A stretch of DNA of 64,000 nucleotides from Anaerolineales bacterium (lineage in GTDB: Bacteria; Chloroflexota; Anaerolineae; Anaerolineales; E44-bin32), in the NCBI GenBank assembly GCA_035281845.1, contig DATEVL010000038.1, positions 9,785-73,784 on the forward strand, given 5' to 3'. Shown piece by piece: positions 42,463-50,397 of the stretch. Made by a program: the position numbers and the translations under genes. Under the pieces are notes generated by a model. That model made no database searches. It had not been told where the DNA came from and worked only from the letters and a program-made list of their open reading frames with translations. Each line of letters opens with the position of its first letter. Position 1 is the first letter of the stretch.

Positions 42463-43737
42463 TCAAGAGTCCTTCGCGAGCAGAGCGCTAACGCGCGCCA
42501 GCAGCTCGTTCCGGGCGATCGACTCTTGCGAGCCGTCGCGCAGGTCCTTGAGGGCGAGCTCGCCGCGCTCGATCTCGCGGGAGCCGATGATCAGCGCCAG
42601 AGGGATGCCTTGTCGATCGGCGTACTTGAGCTGGCGAGGCAGACGGTCCGGGGCCGGATACCATTCCGCGGACCAACCGGCCCGGCGCAGATCGCTGGAG
42701 GCGCGTAGCGATTCGAGTCGGGCCGCTTCGTCGACCCAGCACACGAGGACCTGGGCCGGAGGCCGAGGTGTGCCGGGTGCGACGCCAACCTGTTCGATCA
42801 GCAAACCGATGGTGATGTCGCCCATCGCGAAGCCGGTGCCGGGCAGCCGATCGCCGCCGACGTCGGACACCAGGTTGTCGTAGCGGCCTCCGCCCAGGAT
42901 CGCGCGAAAGCGACCGTCGGGATCGCGGGCTTCGAACACCGTGCCGGTGTAGTAATCGAGCCCGCGGACGATGGTCGGGTCGAACCGCAGATACTCCGCG
43001 CAGCCGAGCGCCTCGGCCGCCTCGAAGAAGGTTCGCAGCTCGGGCGACTCCTTCCAGCCGTCGGGATCCTCCAGAAGGCGAGATAGCCCGGCGACCGAGG
43101 GGCGGGGTAGGCCCAGCTCTTCCCCGTAGGCCAGCCACTCGCTCGACGACATCTTATCCCGTCGATCGACCAACCGGAAAGCAGCCGGCAGTTGCTGGCG
43201 GCCGATCCCGAGGGAAAGATACTTCCCTTCCGCCAACCCCCGGTTGTTGACGAGCAGCCCGATCTTATCCGGCCCGAGACCGACGGCGCGAAATAACGCC
43301 ACGGCAATGGCGGCAATTTCGGCGTCGGCCTCGGCCGACTCGACGCCTAAGAGGTCGATATTCCATTGGAAGAACTCGCGCGAGCGGCCTTTCTGCGGCT
43401 TCTCATAGCGCCAGATCGGACCGAAGGACCACCAGCGGATCGGCCGCGGCAGGCTGTTGCTCCGGGCAGCGACCATGCGAGCCAGCGACGGGGTTAGCTC
43501 CGGGCGTAACGCGATCTCGTCCCCACCCTTGTCGCGGAAGACGTAGGCCTGTTCTTTCACGAGCTCGTCGCCGGACTTGGCCGCGTACAGCTCGAGCCGT
43601 TCCAGGAACGGCGCTTCGTATTCGCGGTAACCGAACGATTGTGAGATCTGCCGCACCTTGTCGTAGAGCCAGTTGCGGAAGGCCATCGCCTCCGGATAGA
43701 AGTCGCGGGTCCCTTTGACGGGCGGAATGGCGGGCAT
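42463..43737 (-). CDS. hisS: Histidine--tRNA ligase (424 aa)
   Basis: PVKGTRDFYPEAMAFRNWL...YREYEAPFLE...LRPELTPS...GGGRYDNL motifs. Start at MPAIPP (ATG 43737). Confidence 0.9.
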   Translation of the reverse strand: MPAIPPVKGTRDFYPEAMAFRNWLYDKVRQISQSFGYREYEAPFLERLELYAAKSGDELVKEQAYVFRDKGGDEIALRPELTPSLARMVAARSNSLPRPIRWWSFGPIWRYEKPQKGRSREFFQWNIDLLGVESAEADAEIAAIAVALFRAVGLGPDKIGLLVNNRGLAEGKYLSLGIGRQQLPAAFRLVDRRDKMSSSEWLAYGEELGLPRPSVAGLSRLLEDPDGWKESPELRTFFEAAEALGCAEYLRFDPTIVRGLDYYTGTVFEARDPDGRFRAILGGGRYDNLVSDVGGDRLPGTGFAMGDITIGLLIEQVGVAPGTPRPPAQVLVCWVDEAARLESLRASSDLRRAGWSAEWYPAPDRLPRQLKYADRQGIPLALIIGSREIERGELALKDLRDGSQESIARNELLARVSALLAKDS

Positions 43738-43755
43738 CTGTTCGACTCCAGGAAT

Positions 43756-43781
43756 GAAAAACGGCGGGGTGCCCCGCCGCC
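43756..43781 (-). terminator. Intrinsic terminator inside the hisS leader (attenuator candidate)
   Basis: Minus-strand GGCGGG-GCAC-CCCGCC followed by GTTTTTC, ending 19 nt before the hisS ATG. Confidence 0.55.
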
Positions 43782-43809
43782 GACTCAAATGCTCGGGCGC
43801 TCTGCGAGG

Positions 43810-43860
43810 CTACTCCCCGGGATCACCGGAAGACGCGTGATGGACGGATCCTTGCTTCAT
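43810..43860 (-). other. 16-codon leader mini-ORF MKQGSVHHASSGDPGE* with tandem His codons (CAT CAC)
   Basis: The ATG lies 9 nt downstream of the extended -10 TGcTATACT (43870-43878). His codons at 43840-43845. Stop TAG at 43810-43812. Confidence 0.3.
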
Positions 43861-43869
43861 TCCGTCCAG

Positions 43870-43878
43870 AGTATAGCA
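43870..43878 (-). promoter_or_regulatory. Extended -10 TGcTATACT for the hisS leader
   Basis: Minus-strand reading cgTGcTATACTctggacggaATG. Confidence 0.45.
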
Positions 43879-43948
43879 CGGGCCCCGACAGGAACCCCTG
43901 CCTCGCGGCTTGGGCCGGGGCCACGCCGCGCGGTCTCGGCCCGCGGGG

Positions 43949-45493
43949 CTAGGCCGAAGGCAGCCAATCGTCGCGGCGAATCAGCCGCACCAGCGACGCC
44001 AGGTGCGGAGTCAGGATGGTGTCGCCCTCGACCAACGGCACCTGCTCGCGGACTTGCGCCAGAATCGCCTTCACGCCGGCGCCGGGGGACCGCGCCGGCT
44101 CGGCGCGATGCCGAAGGTCGAGCGCCTGAGCCGCCGCCAACAACTCGATGGCGACGATCTGTTCGACGTGGCCGATGACTTGCCCGAGCTCTCTCGCAGC
44201 GCTGGTGGCGTTGGCGTTGTGATCCTCTTGGTCGGCCGACGTGGGAAGCGACCGGACGCTGGCCGGAGACGCCAGACCCTGGTTCTCCAGAACGAGTGAA
44301 GCCGCCGTGTACTGCAGCATCATCAGACCCGATTCCAGCCCGGCGCGCTGCGGCCTTGCCACCAACATCGGCGGCAGGCCGGCGTTGGTATGGCCGGAGA
44401 GCAGACGGAAGACACGGCGCTCGGAAAGCGCTCCGATCTCGGCGGCAGCGATCTTCAGGTAGTCATTGATCAGACCGACGGGCTCGCCGTGGAAGTTGCC
44501 TCCGGAAACGGGCGTGTCCCCGAAGAAGAGAGGGTTGTCGGTCGCCGAGTTCACTTCGCGCACCGCGACTTGTTCAGCGAAGCCCAGAATTTCCCATGCC
44601 GGCCCGATGACCTGCGGGATGCAGCGCAGGCTGTAGGCGTCCTGCACTTGATCGCCCGAATCCACCAGTCGGCTGCCAGCCGTGAGCTGTCGCAGCCGTA
44701 ATGCGACGCGCTGTTGCCCAGGGTGGGGGCGGGCAGCGTGCAGGCGCTCGTCGAGCGCGCCCGAGGCGCCGAGGAGAGCCTCGAACGACATCGCCGCGGC
44801 CGCTTCAGCAGCGGCCAACAGACGTTTCAGGTCGCCGCACGACAACGCCAACAGGCCCGCGGCGAAGGTCGCTCCATTCGTCAGCGCCAGGCCGTCCTTC
44901 GGACCGAGGCGGACCGGTGCGAGTCGAGCCCGACGGACGGCTTCCCTGAGGGGAAGCGAAGTGTCGCCGAGCCAGCCCTCCGGCTCGTCCGGCACAAGAT
45001 CCGGCGCCATGAGAGCCAGCGCCAGATGCGCCAACGGTGCCAAGTCCCCCGACGATCCGAGCGACCCTTGGGACGGTATCGGAGGCGTGACGCCGGCATT
45101 GAGCATTTCCAGAAGCGCCGCCACCGGCCCAAGGCCGACCCCCGAGAGCCCCAGCGCCAGAGTGTTGGCGCGCACCAGCATGGCCGCGCGCGTGACGTCG
45201 CGGGCGAATGGCGCGCCAAGACCGACGGCGTGGCTCAGAATCAAGTTGCGTGACAGGTCGGAGAGATCGGCGGCATCGACTCGTTGATTGGCGAAGATGC
45301 CGTATCCGGTGTTGACCCCATAAACGGGACCGTCGCCCTGCGCCAGACGGGCCACGACACGTGCCGACTCTTCGACGGCTTCTCGAGCGCTTGGCTGGAG
45401 CGACACCGTCGCGCCGCGACGGGCGACGGCCTCGATGGAACCAAGGCTAAGGGAGCGGCCGTCCAGTTCAACCGATTCGGTCTGCAGGGGCAT
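43949..45493 (-). CDS. hutH: Histidine ammonia-lyase-like aromatic amino acid lyase (MIO family)
   Basis: GVNTGYGIFA, NLILSHAVG, GSLGSSGDLAPLAH (Ser-Ser-Gly where HAL usually has Ala-Ser-Gly), QDAYSLRC, NFHGEP. Confidence 0.75.
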   Translation of the reverse strand: MPLQTESVELDGRSLSLGSIEAVARRGATVSLQPSAREAVEESARVVARLAQGDGPVYGVNTGYGIFANQRVDAADLSDLSRNLILSHAVGLGAPFARDVTRAAMLVRANTLALGLSGVGLGPVAALLEMLNAGVTPPIPSQGSLGSSGDLAPLAHLALALMAPDLVPDEPEGWLGDTSLPLREAVRRARLAPVRLGPKDGLALTNGATFAAGLLALSCGDLKRLLAAAEAAAAMSFEALLGASGALDERLHAARPHPGQQRVALRLRQLTAGSRLVDSGDQVQDAYSLRCIPQVIGPAWEILGFAEQVAVREVNSATDNPLFFGDTPVSGGNFHGEPVGLINDYLKIAAAEIGALSERRVFRLLSGHTNAGLPPMLVARPQRAGLESGLMMLQYTAASLVLENQGLASPASVRSLPTSADQEDHNANATSAARELGQVIGHVEQIVAIELLAAAQALDLRHRAEPARSPGAGVKAILAQVREQVPLVEGDTILTPHLASLVRLIRRDDWLPSA

Positions 45494-45547
45494 GAAGGAG
45501 CGTGGTCCGCACGGGGCGCGGGCGATTCCTGCGGATTATACCAACCA

Positions 45548-45648
45548 GTCACCGGTCATCAGTGACCAGCCATCAGTGACCAGTCATCAGTGATCAGTCA
45601 TCAGAAACTGGCCCCTGGCAACTGGCCACTGGCAACTGGCCACTGGTC
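45548..45648. repeat. Two opposed heptamer arrays: G[TC][CG]A[TC]CA x8 (45548-45603) and TGGC[AC]AC x4-5 (45616-45648)
   Basis: Read directly. The arrays are imperfect reverse complements of each other. They lie between the kinase stop and the hutH-like promoter. Confidence 0.85.
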
Positions 45649-47667
45649 TTATGGGCTTTGTTGGATGGGCAACCACAGACGGAGGCCAAGCTCTTCGATC
45701 TGGTTGGCCTCCAGGGATGAGCGCTCCTGAACGAGCTGCGTTCCCCACACGTCGGCGAGAAGGCGCAGCTCGTCGATCGTGTCGGCCGAGGCGATCTGCT
45801 TCGCCACCGAGAGCGAGTCCTCCGCCAACTGGATCGTCTCCGTGAGCTGGTCGACGAGCGAATGGAGGTTGGCCGCCCTGTCGTCGGAGAGTGCCGGGTT
45901 GGCCAGTTCGCTCTGCGCCAGCTCCTGCGCCAGTCTCAAGTACGCCAGCAGGCCATATCCGTCGCCTGGGTTGTCTGGCCGGCCATTCCCATCGTAGTCA
46001 CCGTACTCTGGCGAACCTTCTCCGGCAAGGACGTTGATACAGTGTTCAGCGTGCCCCTTGGCCCCCGCGATATCGTTCCCCGCAATGGATGTCAGCGAAA
46101 AGCCCAAATGCTTGTCATGGATGTCGGCTTGCGTCCGCAGGCCGTCCGCGATGCTGGCCGTGGTCGGGGCCCCTCGCGTGAAGTCGTCGAGGCGACGAAT
46201 CTCTAGAAGGATCGCCTCGGGCGCCTGGGAGAAGTACAGAGTGGGGTTGGGGACTTCCGGCGCCGGGTCTGGACTAGGCTCGCGGCTGATGGCGAATTGG
46301 TCATACAGCGCCAGAAGGTTCCGACCTTGCGGTTCGACGAAGGTAACCGATAGGCCGCCCTGGGAGAACTGGGCCTCGGCGGACTGGAAGGGCATGTCGG
46401 GGCCGATCAACCAGGCGGCATAGTGCTCATCGGCATCAGGAGGCGGCACCTCGGCGATGATGGCCTGTAAAGACGAATCCAAGTAGATCGCCCCGCCGGG
46501 AACGGTGGCCGCTTCAACCGGAGGGGCGGATGTTGCGATCGGCTCTGCGATGTTCGTGGCGGGAGTGGAAGTTCCGGCGACGATCTCGCTCGGCCGCGGT
46601 GTTGCGCTGCTGGGGCCCCCGCCGGAGAGCGCGCTCAAGCCGAGCGCGCCGAGCAGGACGACCACACCCGCGATGCCTGCGATCCCAAGCCACAGCGGTC
46701 GTATCCCTCGTCTCTGTTCCGCCGGAGGCGCCGGAGCGGATGTGGGGGCGGGTGAGGCGGAGGCAGGAGGACGGATGACCGTCGTGCTGGCCCCGGCGCG
46801 CGCCACCTGTCGGAAGGCCGACGCCAGGTCGCCTGCCTTCTGATAACGAGCGGACCGATCCTTCTGCAGCGCGCGGTCGACGATCGCCTGGACACTCGGG
46901 CTGGTATTGGCCATCGGGGGCGGCGTCACGTTGGCTTGCTTGTAGAGGACCGAGGCGGTCGTATCCACCTCGGGATCGAAGGGAAGGGCCCCTTCCAGCA
47001 TCTCATACAGCATGATGCCGAGGGAGTAGTTGTCGGATCTGGCATCCACCGTTTCGCCGCGCACCTGCTCGGGGCTCATGTACGCCGGCGTCCCGAGGAC
47101 GGTGCCGGTCAGCGTTTGGGTGGTCGCGCCCCGGATGCGGGCGATGCCGAAGTCGGTCAGCACCGGCTCGCAATCGGGGGGCAGGGGGATCGACGCGGAG
47201 AGCGGCGTGGCCCCCTGTCGCAGGATTACGTTCGCCGGCTTCACATCCCGATGAACGATCCCCTGGCTGTGGGCGAAGTCCAGCGCCGAGGCGAGTCCGT
47301 TGAGCAAACGGCTGACGGTCTCGAGCGGCAGGCTGTGGCCGAGCTGATGTAATTCTTTCAGGTAGGCCGACATCGACAAGCCGCTCAACAATTCCATAAT
47401 GATGTACGGTTGCCCGTCGACCAAGTCGAGGTCGTAGACCTGGACGATGTTGGCATGGCGCGACAACCCGGAGACCGCTTTGGCTTCTTCGCGGAAACGA
47501 CGCAGCAGGTCGTCATCTTCGGCAAGATGGCCCTGCAGGATCTTGACCGCTCGCTGGACGTTGAGGGTGGTGTGCACGCCGACGTAGACGTCGGCCATGC
47601 CGCCGCGTCCGATGAGCCGTTCGATCTTGACCTTCGAAAGAGTTCTTCCGATCCAGGGGTCGGTCAC
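45649..47667 (-). CDS. Ser/Thr protein kinase with TM segment and large extracytoplasmic C-terminal domain
   Basis: GRGGMADVYVG, HRDVKPANVIL, DFGIAR, GTPAYMSPEQ. TM at LWLGIAGIAGVVVLLGALGL. Confidence 0.85.
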   Translation of the reverse strand: MTDPWIGRTLSKVKIERLIGRGGMADVYVGVHTTLNVQRAVKILQGHLAEDDDLLRRFREEAKAVSGLSRHANIVQVYDLDLVDGQPYIIMELLSGLSMSAYLKELHQLGHSLPLETVSRLLNGLASALDFAHSQGIVHRDVKPANVILRQGATPLSASIPLPPDCEPVLTDFGIARIRGATTQTLTGTVLGTPAYMSPEQVRGETVDARSDNYSLGIMLYEMLEGALPFDPEVDTTASVLYKQANVTPPPMANTSPSVQAIVDRALQKDRSARYQKAGDLASAFRQVARAGASTTVIRPPASASPAPTSAPAPPAEQRRGIRPLWLGIAGIAGVVVLLGALGLSALSGGGPSSATPRPSEIVAGTSTPATNIAEPIATSAPPVEAATVPGGAIYLDSSLQAIIAEVPPPDADEHYAAWLIGPDMPFQSAEAQFSQGGLSVTFVEPQGRNLLALYDQFAISREPSPDPAPEVPNPTLYFSQAPEAILLEIRRLDDFTRGAPTTASIADGLRTQADIHDKHLGFSLTSIAGNDIAGAKGHAEHCINVLAGEGSPEYGDYDGNGRPDNPGDGYGLLAYLRLAQELAQSELANPALSDDRAANLHSLVDQLTETIQLAEDSLSVAKQIASADTIDELRLLADVWGTQLVQERSSLEANQIEELGLRLWLPIQQSP

Positions 47668-48140
47668 GGCCCAGGGCTCCTCAGGGGCGGGGCCACATCC
47701 TCCAAGGCCTCTAGGCGCACCGGCGACCCGACCGCCAGCGTTCCTCCCCGCTCGACCTGGGCAAGGACGCCGCGCTTGCCGGCGATTTCCTTTCGCAGGC
47801 CCTGGCGGAGGCCATCGATGTAGTCACACGGGGTGCAATCGCCGCTGATCAGCAGGACGACGTCGTCGATGTAGAGACGGGAACCGCGGCGAAGACCCTG
47901 GAGGTGGATACCTTCGAGGGTTACGTTCTCACGGACCGCACCGGGGGCTAGATCGAAGGCGCGCAGCGTATCTGCGTCGATAACCAGGACCTGTCGGCGG
48001 GCCGTGCCAAATGCGGCGTCCCCGCTAAGGCCCTTGCCCTCGACGGCGGTCACCTGTGGACGCGCCGCCATCGGGGACCCGTGGGCAGGCTTGATGAAGA
48101 GGTGAGTGACTCTCGGTTCCACGGTTCGACTGCCCACCAC
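47664..48140 (-). CDS. MOSC-domain protein
   Basis: GLSGDA...RQVLVID...ENVTLEGI...GDCTPCDYI pattern. GTG start. The stop overlaps the kinase start. Confidence 0.75.
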   Translation of the reverse strand: MVGSRTVEPRVTHLFIKPAHGSPMAARPQVTAVEGKGLSGDAAFGTARRQVLVIDADTLRAFDLAPGAVRENVTLEGIHLQGLRRGSRLYIDDVVLLISGDCTPCDYIDGLRQGLRKEIAGKRGVLAQVERGGTLAVGSPVRLEALEDVAPPLRSPGP

Positions 48141-48198
48141 CGCTTGCGGCCAGACGGCGCGAGTATAGCACGCCGTCCGTCGGGAAAGGACACGGGCG

Positions 48199-48207
48199 TG
48201 TTATCCT
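48199..48207 (+). promoter_or_regulatory. Extended -10 TGtTATCCT for the membrane-protein cluster
   Basis: Located 43 nt upstream of TTG 48251. The divergent MOSC promoter TGcTATACT is at 48162-48170 (minus). Confidence 0.35.
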
Positions 48208-48250
48208 AGACCGCCTCGGCGCCGTCGTTTCTCTCGCCGAGCGAGCCGGT

Positions 48251-49780
48251 TTGGCCGCAGTCCCGATCACCCTCCTCCTGTTGGGATCGCTTGTCCTCGG
48301 CCTGTGGCGGCCAGCGGACGCGCGGCAAGCCCGGCTGACGGAAGCCGGCTTCACTGGCGCAGCTCTGGTGACGTCACTATTCGTGCGTCGGTCGATCCCC
48401 TCGACAATCGGCTTCGCCTATCTGGCGCCTAGCCTCTCGTCGTCAGCCAGCGTCAAACTCGATCTTTCCCCTTGGAGCTGGAGTCTCCTTGTTGCAGCAC
48501 TCGGCTTCGCCTTCGCGCAGACCGTCCTGGCCGGACCGCGGGATGCTGAAGAAGGACGCGTGCGCTCTTCAGGCTGGCTCGCCTATGCTGCTGTCGTGGC
48601 CTTGTCGATCCTGGCGGCGAACACTCTTACATTGATTCTGGCTTGGGCCTTGGTGATCTCCGCACAGGCCTGGCTCGTGAAGGGCCGCGGAAGTCCGGAG
48701 ACATCCCCATGGGGCTTTCTTTCAAGTCTGGATCTGGCAGCCCTTGTCTGTTTGCTCGCGGCGCAGGGCCTTCTCCGGGGCGGTTCGTCCGAGCTGCCGG
48801 GACCTACCCTTGCCTATGCACTGCTTCTGGGGGCGGGATTGGTACGACTCGCTTCGGGCTTGGCGGCCGGGGAGAGGGCCGTGGGGAAACGAGACGCACT
48901 TCGTCTCGGCGGCCTCACCGCCGTGTCCGTACTGGCGATGCTCTCGCTGGATTTCGGAGCCAAAGGCGCGCAGGCCTTGGATGGCTGGCTCGTCGTGCTT
49001 GGCGCCGGTCTTCTTTTCTGGGCAGGCGCCTCTTGGTGGCTGGCGCCGCCGGGAGAACTGCGTTGGCCGGCTTGGGCCCTTGCGATGACCGGGGCCGCCA
49101 CGCTGACGGCCGGGGCTTCACAAGCAGACGCCCCGTCCGCGTTCGCGGCAGCCGGTGCGGTGTTGGTGCTGGCCCAAGGGATGGCATCCGCCGGAGCCAG
49201 CCGGACTTTCGCCGGCCGGATCGGATCGATCCTCGCAACGGCGACAACAGCCGGAATTCCTTTCTTGGTGGGCGCACTCCTCCTTGGTGTCCTTGCGGTG
49301 GCGGGTGAGCCTGGCGGGGCTGCGCCGATTCGATGGGTCGGCGTGCTCGGTGTGGGGGCATTGTCGTCCAGATTCTTGTATGAGGCGCTCTTCCCGATGC
49401 GGGGAGGACCGGCGGGCCAGCCGGCGTCGGTCGTGGGGTTCCTGGCGCTGGTCGTGACGGCGGTCCTCGCTGCGGCGCTGTTCGCCTACCTCCGGACGAT
49501 CAGCCCGCTACCCTCGACGTTGGCCGTTGTCGTCTGCTTGGCCGCCGCGGCCGGTGGAACGGCGGTTCTGCGTGTGGTGCCGATCGAAGGGCGATCGCGA
49601 CTGGTGCGCTCGCTACGATGGCCTAGTTCCCTCGACATCTCGCGCCTCGTTCGCGGCCTGGAAGTGCCGATGGGGGCGGCGGCGCGTGGAGTGCGCGATC
49701 TGCTGGAAGGTGACGCTTCCCTGTTGTGGGCTTTCGTGGTGTTGCTTATCGGGTTCCTTCTCTTGCGGGGCTCGACTTGA
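48251..49780 (+). CDS. Polytopic membrane protein (509 aa, about 14 TM), no recognisable motif
   Basis: Continuous Ala/Leu/Gly-rich hydrophobic segments, whereas alternative frames give Arg/Pro junk. TTG start. Confidence 0.65.
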   Translation: MAAVPITLLLLGSLVLGLWRPADARQARLTEAGFTGAALVTSLFVRRSIPSTIGFAYLAPSLSSSASVKLDLSPWSWSLLVAALGFAFAQTVLAGPRDAEEGRVRSSGWLAYAAVVALSILAANTLTLILAWALVISAQAWLVKGRGSPETSPWGFLSSLDLAALVCLLAAQGLLRGGSSELPGPTLAYALLLGAGLVRLASGLAAGERAVGKRDALRLGGLTAVSVLAMLSLDFGAKGAQALDGWLVVLGAGLLFWAGASWWLAPPGELRWPAWALAMTGAATLTAGASQADAPSAFAAAGAVLVLAQGMASAGASRTFAGRIGSILATATTAGIPFLVGALLLGVLAVAGEPGGAAPIRWVGVLGVGALSSRFLYEALFPMRGGPAGQPASVVGFLALVVTAVLAAALFAYLRTISPLPSTLAVVVCLAAAAGGTAVLRVVPIEGRSRLVRSLRWPSSLDISRLVRGLEVPMGAAARGVRDLLEGDASLLWAFVVLLIGFLLLRGST

Positions 49781-49782
49781 CC

Positions 49783-50397
49783 ATGCCAGATGCGTGGGCG
49801 TATATCGCCGGGCTGTTTCTGGCGCCGATCTGCGCGGCAGGCTTGGTTCTGACCAACGGAAGATGGGTGGCGCTGGGAATGCTTCTAGGGGCCTTCGCCG
49901 GAGCGGCTCTCGTTCTGGGTGGATCTGGGCAGCCCGGGATTGGTGCAGCCTTGTTTCTGACGGGGGCGTTGTGCTGCATGGTCCTTGCCGTCGGATTTCG
50001 TCGTTCCGAGTGGAGTCCAAGCGCTCTCCGAGAGGGCTCGATCCCTGGTGGGCAGGGCTTCCGGCTGGCGGCCGTTCTGCTCGTTGGAACAGCCGCGTGG
50101 GGGCTCAGCACGCCGGCCGCGGCGGCATCGATTCAGGTTCCCCCGGCGCGTCTCACAGCGGCGGCGATTACCTTCGCCATGGGGCTGTTGCATCTCGGCC
50201 TCAGCCAGGAGCAAGGAGCCGTGACCCTGGGATTGCTAACGGCCCTTGTCGGTTTTGAGATGTTCTACGTCCTGCTGGAGCCGTCGTTGGCATTGCGGGC
50301 CGTCCTCGCGGCGATCATGCTCGGCACCGCTCTTGTGACGAGCGTGCTTCTTGAGACTCCCCCGGATGCGGCGGCCAGCGACCGGAGGCTGCGTTGA
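49783..50397 (+). CDS. Polytopic membrane protein (204 aa, about 6 TM)
   Basis: ATG 2 nt after the upstream stop. The stop overlaps the next start. Hydrophobic throughout. Confidence 0.6.
   Translation: MPDAWAYIAGLFLAPICAAGLVLTNGRWVALGMLLGAFAGAALVLGGSGQPGIGAALFLTGALCCMVLAVGFRRSEWSPSALREGSIPGGQGFRLAAVLLVGTAAWGLSTPAAAASIQVPPARLTAAAITFAMGLLHLGLSQEQGAVTLGLLTALVGFEMFYVLLEPSLALRAVLAAIMLGTALVTSVLLETPPDAAASDRRLR

Noticed and set aside
43738-43878. hisS leader as a T-box riboswitch
   Set aside because: There is no T-box consensus (GGGTGGTACCGCG-like) and no UGGG bulge matching the tRNA-His C73 discriminator. The leader (about 126 nt) is too short for Stem I plus an antiterminator.
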